In this document: positions 36,932 to 45,573 of the stretch, one piece after another
How the letters are laid out: every line of letters starts with the position of its first letter
Numbering within the stretch: the first letter of the stretch is position 1
Assembly: GCA_964586315.1 (NCBI GenBank)
Contig: CAZPHE010000001.1
Span: forward strand, 29,125 to 93,124
Reading direction: 5' to 3'
DNA: 64,000 bases
From: an uncultured bacterium
GTDB taxonomy: Bacteria; Fidelibacterota; Marinisomatia; Marinisomatales; UBA1611
Position numbers and translations under genes: made by a program
The notes under the pieces: model-generated
Told to the model about the DNA's origin: nothing
What the model saw: only the letters and a program-made list of their open reading frames with translations
The model's database searches: none

Positions 36932-37913
36932 AAAAAATATCTATTAAAAAATTTATGATTATATATGTTGCCGTATAAAGAAGCGTGACTCCTATAATGG
37001 CAGGAAAATCATTTGTTAAAACCGAAAGAACGCTAAACTGACCAAGGCCTGGCCAATCAAAAATTGATTCTACAAGAAAAGTACCACCAAGCATAAGACC
37101 AACGCTCAACCCCGCTACAGTAGAGACAGGAACCAGTGTGTTCTTATACGCAGTTTTTCTGATGACTTCACTATTATTGAAGCCATAAGAAATAAAAGTT
37201 TTAAAAAATGGTTCCTCCATTGTTTCAATCATTGCAGCGCGAGTATTGCGCAATATAACCCCCAACACACCACACGCCATGGTCAAACTAGGGAGGATCA
37301 TGTGCTGTAATCCATCAAGGAACAAGTTCCATTGTCCAGAAAGCAAACTATCCATCAATAAAAACCCACTGTTATAGATTAATTGAGAGTCCAAAGAAGA
37401 AAAACCCGCATAACGTCCATGAAGAGGAAGCCAATGTAAAATCCCAAAAAAGATTAACTGTAAAATCATACCAAGCCAGAAAATGGGTATAGACAAGCCA
37501 AGATATCCAAAGCCCCTGGCAAAATAATCAAATAATGTGTTTGATTTAAATGCCGACACTAAACCCATTGGAAACCCAAGTATAATTGCTATTAACATTG
37601 AAATTAAAACAAGTTCGAAAGTTGCAGAAAAACGATTTTTCAGCTCTACAATTACAGGTTGTCTTGTTCGCAATGAAACACCAAGATCCAGCGTTCCAAC
37701 ATCTTTTAAAAATGATATATACTGCTTATGAACAGGTTGATTTAAACCTAGGTTTTCTCTAGCAATTTCAAGTTGATCTTTAGTGGGATGCTCTCCAACC
37801 CATAAGGACACTGGGTCTCCAGGAAGCAAACGAATAATAAAAAAAATTACACTACTGACAATAAGCATAATTAAAGCCATGGAAAACAACCTGTGAATAC
37901 AGTATCTATACAT
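36900..37913 (-). CDS. ABC transporter permease (DppB/OppB-like)
   Basis: N-terminal RLLPGDPV motif and internal permease helices. It lies in an operon with the SBP, a second permease and the ATPase. Confidence 0.85.
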   Translation of the reverse strand: MYRYCIHRLFSMALIMLIVSSVIFFIIRLLPGDPVSLWVGEHPTKDQLEIARENLGLNQPVHKQYISFLKDVGTLDLGVSLRTRQPVIVELKNRFSATFELVLISMLIAIILGFPMGLVSAFKSNTLFDYFARGFGYLGLSIPIFWLGMILQLIFFGILHWLPLHGRYAGFSSLDSQLIYNSGFLLMDSLLSGQWNLFLDGLQHMILPSLTMACGVLGVILRNTRAAMIETMEEPFFKTFISYGFNNSEVIRKTAYKNTLVPVSTVAGLSVGLMLGGTFLVESIFDWPGLGQFSVLSVLTNDFPAIIGVTLLYTATYIIINFLIDIFYGIVDPRIHK

Positions 37914-39505
37914 CAGCTTTTGATTAAACTATAAATAAACACAGTGGAATAGGCGGGATTATTTTTAAAGCCCTTTATGTTGCTCTTGCGCACTGATGGA
38001 ACCTTTATGTCTACTGCAGGAATAACAACACAATCATTTATAAGTATATCTTGCAATTTTTTATATATTTTTTTAGAAGCTTCAGGGTCATTAGATTCTA
38101 GTTTCCATGCTTTTCTTGTTAGAGAATCCACAAGGGTGTTACTATAATAAGAAAGATTAAATAGTGGGTTTTGTTGACTATAGTATAATGAAAAAAACCA
38201 GTCTGATGGAGATGAAACTGTTGGCCACCAAGCCATAGAGATAATATTAGGCGCTGTTTCTAAATTTTTTGCTTTATCCCAATTCGTGGACCACAATCCC
38301 GGTTTCAAATCAAGAGACACTCCTATTTTTCTAAGATTATCTAATAACATAAAAGCAGTTAATCGATATTCTTCATAGGTAGAGACAAAAGAAAAATTGG
38401 TTTTTGTATTATCTGGGTTTATTTTCGATTTTTTTAGATAATGCCTAGCCATGTCTAAATCGAATTTTACAAGACTATCTGGCTGCTGAAACAACGGTAT
38501 GTTTTGAGGTATCAATCCCCTTGGTTCAACTGCAGCATTTTTATATATATGCTTCACAAGCGTCTCTCGATCAAGAGAAGACGCTATCGCTCTTCGAAAC
38601 CAAATGTTGTCTGTGGGGTGTTTTTTGGTATTTAATAGATAGAACTCATTGGTCCAGGAATTAATATAAGATACGGAAACATTTGGATTTTTATCTAATG
38701 TTTTTAATAATTGTGGAGGAATTAAAATAGCATAGTCGGCTAGTCCGTTTTCAATCATTTGTAATCGAGTGGAAGCTTCAGATGCTACTTGAATTAAAAC
38801 CGAATTGTAATGATTAGATCTCTCCCATCCTTTCCAATAGTTATCAAATTTTTCTAATAGTATGTATTTGTTTCTAACCCATTTTTTAAGGAAATATGGC
38901 CCAGTACCAGCACTAAACCCATTACGAAGAGAATCTTTAGAAATATTATCAATAGAAGGTGAGTAAATCCACGCACCATATTGAGAACTAACAATTTTAT
39001 CCAAAGGTACAGATGAAGAAAGGGTAAACGTAATCTTATGTGGAGAATCTATTAGTATTTGATCTACAGCAGACCATATATAGCTCGCGCCTCCATTCAA
39101 TTTTTTATTTCGCTCTACAACATACTTTACAGCTTTAGCATTAAAATCTGTACCGTCATGAAACGACACATTTTTTCTTAAATTAAACTGCCATGTTAGA
39201 CCATCGCTGGATTTTGAATAAGAAGTCGCAAGTCCAGGTAAAAATTTTCCATGCCCACTTTCTCCATCGTACCACAAAAGAGGCTCGTACATATTAGACA
39301 ACGGCAAAATTTCCAGAGAGAATGCAGTTGCCGGATCCCAGTCTTTCACATCATCATAAGTTACAATTACAAACGTATCATTATCCTTCGATGGCGTTTG
39401 GGTACAAGAAAGTTGTATTAAAACCAATAAAATTGATAAAACATAAAAACAAACTAAGTCTAACTTATTTTTTGATATCTTAAACATGAACAAACAATTA
39501 TCCAT
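37913..39505 (-). CDS. ABC transporter substrate-binding protein, family 5 (peptide/oligosaccharide type), lipoprotein
   Basis: Lipobox-like LIQLSCTQ and an SBP_bac_5-type length and pattern (WDPATAF..., FHDGTDFNAKAVKY). It is the first gene of the transporter operon. The start codon is uncertain. Confidence 0.8.
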   Translation of the reverse strand: MDNCLFMFKISKNKLDLVCFYVLSILLVLIQLSCTQTPSKDNDTFVIVTYDDVKDWDPATAFSLEILPLSNMYEPLLWYDGESGHGKFLPGLATSYSKSSDGLTWQFNLRKNVSFHDGTDFNAKAVKYVVERNKKLNGGASYIWSAVDQILIDSPHKITFTLSSSVPLDKIVSSQYGAWIYSPSIDNISKDSLRNGFSAGTGPYFLKKWVRNKYILLEKFDNYWKGWERSNHYNSVLIQVASEASTRLQMIENGLADYAILIPPQLLKTLDKNPNVSVSYINSWTNEFYLLNTKKHPTDNIWFRRAIASSLDRETLVKHIYKNAAVEPRGLIPQNIPLFQQPDSLVKFDLDMARHYLKKSKINPDNTKTNFSFVSTYEEYRLTAFMLLDNLRKIGVSLDLKPGLWSTNWDKAKNLETAPNIISMAWWPTVSSPSDWFFSLYYSQQNPLFNLSYYSNTLVDSLTRKAWKLESNDPEASKKIYKKLQDILINDCVVIPAVDIKVPSVRKSNIKGFKNNPAYSTVFIYSLIKS

Positions 39506-39540
39506 TTAAAAAACATTATACAGGAGATGAATATATAATT

Positions 39541-41223
39541 TTATTTGCTAAGTATCATTTTTCTTGTTTGTGTTATCGGCCCTGATTTTAATTGACAAAA
39601 ATAAACGCCGCTAGAAACCAATTGATTTTTATTATTGACTCCTTTCCATGACACATTATGGAATCCAGCATTTTGAATACCTTCATAAGCTATATAGACT
39701 AATTTCCCAGATAAATCATATATTTTTAATGAAATATATTCTGCGCTATTTAAACTATAAGTGATTTTTGTATCTGGGTTAAAGGGATTTGGGAAATTTT
39801 GAAAGATGGAAATAGAATTTGGTGGTGTTGTTTCTTTATTTTTTATATTAAGCGTACCATCATATTCGATCATAAATAAATGTGGTTTGTCAGGAGCAAA
39901 ACTGGCAGATGAAAAAACAATATCATTTTTATCATCATTATCAATATCCCCAGTAAAGAGCTTTGCAACTCGTAATTTTCCTTGGTCATTGCCCGGAATA
40001 TAGTTGTCTGTTGTATCATCCATAAAAATAATCCGCTCTGAATAATTTTCGATTAATAATGGATTCCCTCCATTATATTCCCAATCATACAAAGACTCAT
40101 TATAATGTCCCGCTAAATAAAGATTGGGATTTCCATCGCTATCAGCATCTCCAATTATTATTTGACGCAATCCTCCACTATAACTAGCAAAATAATTAAA
40201 ATCAGCGAAAGAAAGAGTGCTTACGTCATCTATGTTTCCTGCTACATAGAACCTTCCTGGTTCTAAAAGAGTTCCAGTTAAAGTATTGGTTCCAGACGTT
40301 AAAATAAACAGTTCATTGGATCCATCATTATTGATATCATGTACAAGCAGCCCCTGATTTGCTCTTTCATAAAATTGTGAGCTCCCATAAAAATCAGTCT
40401 GGTATTCATACTGGTCTTGTCCAGTATTTTCATATACTATGATATGATAATATTCATAACCAACATTATAGATTTCTTTGAGCCCATCACCATCAAGATC
40501 GCCTACCGATATATTATAACCGCTCCAATTTGTCCATCCATTATCTTCAAACTCTATATTAAAAACTGCAGAATCATTTATAAGAGTATCTAATTCAAAT
40601 ATCATTAATCTACTGCTCCCACCAGTGGTGTGATCTTCCCATGGTCCATCCATTACCGACACAATAATTTCTTGCTTACTGTCACCATCAATATCTTCTA
40701 CAAATAGCTGCCCAGCCTCCCAGACACTATCTAGCCCCATATCCCATGTGTATGTTGGTGCAGATGGAAAAGTAATAGAATCTGGGTTCCATTCAAAAAT
40801 TTGCAAACCATTTTGTCCAGAAACACCGGGGCTGGTATCCACGAGCGATAAAATCTCTGGGTTATTATCTCCATCTATGTCGCCCACAGCGACACTTGAA
40901 TAAGCATCATAGGCACAGCTTAAATCGTAAAATGTATATACCCATTGCACAGCAATAGAATCATTATTTATTGCTTCATAATGATATACGCCATTACAAT
41001 ACTGACCTGCGTATGCACTCGCCACCACAAAATCACCAAAACCGTCATTATCAAAATCATAGGGCCCGACCATACTCCAGGGTGGTCCCGCTGGGATTAA
41101 ACCACCTTCACCCCAGGTACTATCATGCCATTGTAAAACAAAACTGCTGTCTATTTCTGTAGCAACAATACTGGTTAGGCTCAGAGTAAAAAAAAACAAA
41201 ACCGATAGAAAGACTTTTCTCAT
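39541..41223 (-). CDS. FG-GAP/VCBS-repeat protein with T9SS C-terminal sorting domain
   Basis: Signal peptide. Repeated GD[IL]DGD..xE Ca-binding-like FG-GAP motifs (DFDNDGFGD, GDIDGDNNPE, EDIDGDSKQE, GDLDGDGLKE, GDADSDGNPN, GDIDNDDKND). C-terminus FQNFPNPFNPDTKITYSL...SGVYFCQLKSG...KMILSK. Confidence 0.7.
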   Translation of the reverse strand: MRKVFLSVLFFFTLSLTSIVATEIDSSFVLQWHDSTWGEGGLIPAGPPWSMVGPYDFDNDGFGDFVVASAYAGQYCNGVYHYEAINNDSIAVQWVYTFYDLSCAYDAYSSVAVGDIDGDNNPEILSLVDTSPGVSGQNGLQIFEWNPDSITFPSAPTYTWDMGLDSVWEAGQLFVEDIDGDSKQEIIVSVMDGPWEDHTTGGSSRLMIFELDTLINDSAVFNIEFEDNGWTNWSGYNISVGDLDGDGLKEIYNVGYEYYHIIVYENTGQDQYEYQTDFYGSSQFYERANQGLLVHDINNDGSNELFILTSGTNTLTGTLLEPGRFYVAGNIDDVSTLSFADFNYFASYSGGLRQIIIGDADSDGNPNLYLAGHYNESLYDWEYNGGNPLLIENYSERIIFMDDTTDNYIPGNDQGKLRVAKLFTGDIDNDDKNDIVFSSASFAPDKPHLFMIEYDGTLNIKNKETTPPNSISIFQNFPNPFNPDTKITYSLNSAEYISLKIYDLSGKLVYIAYEGIQNAGFHNVSWKGVNNKNQLVSSGVYFCQLKSGPITQTRKMILSK

Positions 41224-41293
41224 TATAAATTCCTTTAATAATATTCAATTACTGAATATGATAATAGTATATTTCAATAGAAGTTAGAGTACT

Positions 41294-42730
41294 ATGAAAA
41301 AAGTATCCATTATATCATATAAAAACTTGGTCCTTATTCAATTATATTCTCAACTATTGTCTAATGAACCATTTCTAGAAATACGCCCCTATGTTGTGCC
41401 AAGCTTTGAGCAATATCCTGCTTCTCACAATGTTGATCACCACTATCCGTATACTAATCAAACTGATAATATCTTTTTAAGATTTGATGGAATCGAGTTT
41501 ACAGATAATCTTTTATATCCAGAATGTATATCGGGAATGTCTTGCTATGATGGACATTCTGGAGTTGATTACTATATGCCTTTTTACAATCCAATTTTAG
41601 CACCTGCAGAAGGATATGTTTTGTGGGCATCGTTTTCACCTCCCGCTGATCCATGTCCTGGGGGAATTACACCCAATGGTGATCAGGGAACAATTATCAT
41701 TGCACACGGGAACAGTTATTATAGTGTTTATTTACATATGGCCGATCCATTAAATGTGTCTGTTGGTGATAATGTTGTAACAGGTGACACTCTGGGCTTT
41801 AATGGTAGCACCGGCTGTGCAATAAATGCACATTTACATTTTGAGATTCGCAAGGATAATTGGTTCTTTGATACTAGCGAACCATATACAATAGACCCTT
41901 TCGGGTGGTGGCATGATACTCCCGATCCCGTTGAAGAGTTTCGTGGCAATCGAAGCGAATGGCTATGGGTTTCAGATTTTTTAGTTGATGATGGAGATAA
42001 CGGTTTTCAACGATTTCAAGGACCAGATTGGTCTTATTTAAATTCAGGATTTAATAATGATTGTTGGATTGCCCCAGCAGTAGAGGATCCATCAAACAGT
42101 CGACACTATGCAATTTGGGTCCCATTTCTGGATGATACCACAGAATATAACATAGAAGTATTTATCCCAAGTGGTGTCGATGCATCAACAGAAGCGATCT
42201 ATGAATTAAACATAAAAAATGAAGACGGAACGAGCTCAAAAACAAACATTATATTTAATCAGAATTCAAACCCAAACAATTTTTCTACCATCGGAACAAT
42301 GGAGCTACCATCGGGTTCTAATTGCAGTATAATTCTAAGAGACATTGTTAATACTTCGTCCATTGGATCAAATGTTGTGTTTGATGCAATTCGTTTTACG
42401 TCAGTTGTTAATTCTATTTCTTCAAAAAAACATAAAAATATTATTATTTCAGAAAAAGTTATAATTCAATCTATATTTCCAAACCCTTTTAACTCTTCAA
42501 CAACTATATTCTACAATGTAAAAATGCAAGGAGACATTAACATTTTAATATTTGATTCATTAGGAAAAATTGTCATCAATATATTTCAAAAAAATCAATT
42601 GCCGGGAACTTATCGTTTTAAATGGAATGGTGAAACGCAATCCGGTCTTAGTGTACATTCAGGGATTTACTTTCTTTCTCTTTCAATGAATAATCTTAAT
42701 TCAGTAAGAAAACTGGTCTATTTAAAATAA
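41294..42730 (+). CDS. M23-family metallopeptidase with T9SS C-terminal sorting domain
   Basis: M23 motifs HSGVDYYMP and GCAINAHLHFEI. C-terminus IFPNPFNSSTTIFYNV...SGIYFLSLSMN...KLVYLK. Confidence 0.8.
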   Translation: MKKVSIISYKNLVLIQLYSQLLSNEPFLEIRPYVVPSFEQYPASHNVDHHYPYTNQTDNIFLRFDGIEFTDNLLYPECISGMSCYDGHSGVDYYMPFYNPILAPAEGYVLWASFSPPADPCPGGITPNGDQGTIIIAHGNSYYSVYLHMADPLNVSVGDNVVTGDTLGFNGSTGCAINAHLHFEIRKDNWFFDTSEPYTIDPFGWWHDTPDPVEEFRGNRSEWLWVSDFLVDDGDNGFQRFQGPDWSYLNSGFNNDCWIAPAVEDPSNSRHYAIWVPFLDDTTEYNIEVFIPSGVDASTEAIYELNIKNEDGTSSKTNIIFNQNSNPNNFSTIGTMELPSGSNCSIILRDIVNTSSIGSNVVFDAIRFTSVVNSISSKKHKNIIISEKVIIQSIFPNPFNSSTTIFYNVKMQGDINILIFDSLGKIVINIFQKNQLPGTYRFKWNGETQSGLSVHSGIYFLSLSMNNLNSVRKLVYLK

Positions 42731-42745
42731 TTTGTCCAATTTGAA

Positions 42746-44611
42746 ATGAACAGATTTGTCCCCATTATTGTTTTAACCTTTTTTTTCTATAGTTTATCAG
42801 GACAAACAAAACCAGTAGATACTCCAAAGATTATATTAAACAATGTGTCCTTTGATTTGCAATTTAGTGGTCAGTTTAATCAAGTCAATGATTACACACT
42901 AAAAATTGGAGAACAAACCTTTTATCCAACAAAAAAAAGCAAAGAAAACCTTCTTTTTCAAAGGATAAAAGTCTATAAAAATGGTCCTGCAACAATAACT
43001 CTCTCTAAAGACACTTCGCCCATTATACAGTTTCAAAAACCAGTCATCTCCGGCTGGGTTTCGGTTCTTCCTCCACTTATTGCCATTTTACTGGCTTTTA
43101 TTTCAAGGTCTGTTATACCATCGTTGTTTGCAGCAGTCTGGTTTGGGGCATGGTCATTGACTAATTTTAATATCAGGGGAATAATTTCATCGCTCCTTGA
43201 TTCTTTTCATTTCTACATTTTAAATACTATGATTGATCGGGACCATGCTATTATTACTTTATTTACTTTAATGCTTGGTGGGATGGTTGGAATTGTTTAT
43301 CGCAATGGAGGAATGCATGGAATTATAAAACATCTGATTAAAAAAGCCGATACACCCAAAAAAGGGCAATTAGCTATTTGGCTTTTTGGAATTTTTGTTT
43401 TTTTTGATGATTATTCAAACACGCTCATTGTTGGGAACACATCTCGCCTACTTTGTGATAAACTAAAAATTTCTAGGCAGAAACTTGCATATTTAGTGGA
43501 TTCAACATCTGCTCCTGTTGCAACAATTGCAATTATGACAACATGGATAGGATTTCAGGTTGGGATTATTTCCGATGCATTACCAAGCCTAGATGGCCTC
43601 AATGAATCTGCATATATGCTTTTTATTCATTCAATACCATACAGTTTTTATCCTTTTTTGGCAATTGCAATGGTTGGCATTGTCGTTTTATCTGGAAAGG
43701 ACTTTGGTCCAATGTTAGTTGCAGAAAAACAAGCGCGTATGGATATTCAATACAGGCCCGATCTACAAAACTCTGAAAACAATTCAGATTTAGATAGGGA
43801 TGATCTATTTGTAAAAAAAGATATCCCAAAAAGGGCTTTAAATGCTATCATTCCAATTGGAGTTTTAATTCTTTCTATGTTCTATTTCATTTTTACATCT
43901 GGTGAAGGGAGCACACTGCAAGACATATTAGGTAGTGCAGACACCTATGGTGCGCTTATGCACTCAACCTTGTTAAGCGCCATAACTGCTGCAGGTCTAT
44001 CCGTTAGCCAAAAAATTTTAAATTTAAATGAAACTCTCAATGCTTGGTTCAGCGGTGTAAAATTCATGATGATGGGGATATTAGTTTTAATATTAGCATG
44101 GGCATTAGCAGATATTTCCAAAGATCTCCGAACTGCAGATTATATTGTTTCTTCTCTTGGAGATAAAATGCCAATGTCTTTTTTGCCAACTATAGTTTTT
44201 TTAATTGCGGCAGCAACAGCGTTTGGTACAGGTTCCAGCTGGGGTGTTATGGCAATATTAATGCCGTTAGTTATTCCGTTGACCTGGGCTGTAATGATTA
44301 ATAATAATGCAGCAACACCAGAAAATTATCATATTTTATATTCATCTATAGCTTGTGTCTTAACTGGCGCTGTTTGGGCAGATCACTGTTCGCCTATATC
44401 GGACACAACCATATTAACATCTATGGCATCTGGTTGTGAACTAATGGACCATGTTTGGACACAAATGCCCTATGCTTTATCTACTGGAATCGCGGCATTA
44501 TTATTAGGAACTCTACCGGCTAGTTTTGGTGTTCCCTGGTGGATTTTGCTATTATTAGGCTTATCTTCTCAGATAGTAGTAATGAAATATTTAGGAAAAA
44601 GTTCAGATTAA
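42746..44611 (+). CDS. Na+/H+ antiporter NhaC-family membrane protein with N-terminal extracytoplasmic extension
   Basis: About 100-aa N-terminal soluble segment followed by about 12 helices. FFDDYSNTLIVG and the C-terminal ADHCSPISDTT block are typical of the NhaC family. Confidence 0.75.
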   Translation: MNRFVPIIVLTFFFYSLSGQTKPVDTPKIILNNVSFDLQFSGQFNQVNDYTLKIGEQTFYPTKKSKENLLFQRIKVYKNGPATITLSKDTSPIIQFQKPVISGWVSVLPPLIAILLAFISRSVIPSLFAAVWFGAWSLTNFNIRGIISSLLDSFHFYILNTMIDRDHAIITLFTLMLGGMVGIVYRNGGMHGIIKHLIKKADTPKKGQLAIWLFGIFVFFDDYSNTLIVGNTSRLLCDKLKISRQKLAYLVDSTSAPVATIAIMTTWIGFQVGIISDALPSLDGLNESAYMLFIHSIPYSFYPFLAIAMVGIVVLSGKDFGPMLVAEKQARMDIQYRPDLQNSENNSDLDRDDLFVKKDIPKRALNAIIPIGVLILSMFYFIFTSGEGSTLQDILGSADTYGALMHSTLLSAITAAGLSVSQKILNLNETLNAWFSGVKFMMMGILVLILAWALADISKDLRTADYIVSSLGDKMPMSFLPTIVFLIAAATAFGTGSSWGVMAILMPLVIPLTWAVMINNNAATPENYHILYSSIACVLTGAVWADHCSPISDTTILTSMASGCELMDHVWTQMPYALSTGIAALLLGTLPASFGVPWWILLLLGLSSQIVVMKYLGKSSD

Positions 44612-44619
44612 AAAAATTA

Positions 44620-45573
44620 ATGAAAAAAAAATATAAACCTTTAAACGCAATGAAATACCCTAGGTTTGAGGGTATTCGTACATTTATGAGGCTACCACAT
44701 GTAGAACACCTAAATGATATAGATTTTTTAATTGCAGGTGTCCCTTTTGATACGGGTGGAACATTTCGTGTCGGTGCTCGTTTCGGGCCATCGGGGATAA
44801 GAGAAAATTCTCTGCTACTTCGGCCATATAATCCGGCACAAGGAATAGATATATTTAAATATTGTAATGGTGTAGACTTTGGTGACCTGCCGATTGTCCC
44901 AGGTTATCTACCAGAGTCACATAAATTAATAGAAAATGGTGCCAAAAACATTTATCAATCAAAAGCAACGCCCATATTTATAGGCGGGGACCACTCTATT
45001 TCTTTACCTCTGCTTCGTTCTGTTAAAGAAAAATTTGGTCCTGTCGCATTAATTCACTTCGATGCCCATAGTGATTTATGGCATGGTTATTTCGATAACA
45101 AAGACACACATGGAACACCATTTCGAAGAGCTGTAGAAGAAAATTTAATTGATCCAAGCCTATCAAGCCAGATTGGTTTAAGAGGGTCGCTTTACGACAA
45201 AAATGATTTTGAAATGTCTAATAAAGTTGGTCTTCTAGCCATTACTGGTCCAGAACTGCACAATCTAGGAATAGAGAAAGCATTAGATATAGTAAAAAAT
45301 CGCGTTGGAAAGGGACCTGCATATTTAACATTCGATATCGATTTTATAGATCCTGCATTTGCTCCCGGGACGGGAACACCAGAGGCGGGAGGGTTTACTG
45401 GATATGATGCAATTTCATTTATCAGAGGCTTGACAGATATCGACTTTGTGGGTTTCGATTTAGTTGAAGTAATGCCGGATTATGACCCAACACAGATGAC
45501 CAGTCTGCTAGCTGCAAACATTATATATGAATTCATATCTCTTATCGCTCTTAAAAAAAGAAACAAGTTATAA
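44620..45573 (+). CDS. speB: agmatinase/ureohydrolase family enzyme
   Basis: Mn-binding motifs IGGDHSISLP, IHFDAHSDLW and LTFDIDFIDPAFAPGTGTPE. The start MKKKYKP at 44620 avoids a 73-nt overlap with nhaC. The track start is 44539. Confidence 0.85.
   Translation: MKKKYKPLNAMKYPRFEGIRTFMRLPHVEHLNDIDFLIAGVPFDTGGTFRVGARFGPSGIRENSLLLRPYNPAQGIDIFKYCNGVDFGDLPIVPGYLPESHKLIENGAKNIYQSKATPIFIGGDHSISLPLLRSVKEKFGPVALIHFDAHSDLWHGYFDNKDTHGTPFRRAVEENLIDPSLSSQIGLRGSLYDKNDFEMSNKVGLLAITGPELHNLGIEKALDIVKNRVGKGPAYLTFDIDFIDPAFAPGTGTPEAGGFTGYDAISFIRGLTDIDFVGFDLVEVMPDYDPTQMTSLLAANIIYEFISLIALKKRNKL

Noticed and set aside
44539-44619. N-terminal extension of the agmatinase ORF given in the track
   Set aside because: The extension overlaps the nhaC 3' end by 73 nt and encodes non-conserved sequence. 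MKKKYKPLNAMKYPRFEG at 44620 matches the usual ureohydrolase N-terminus.
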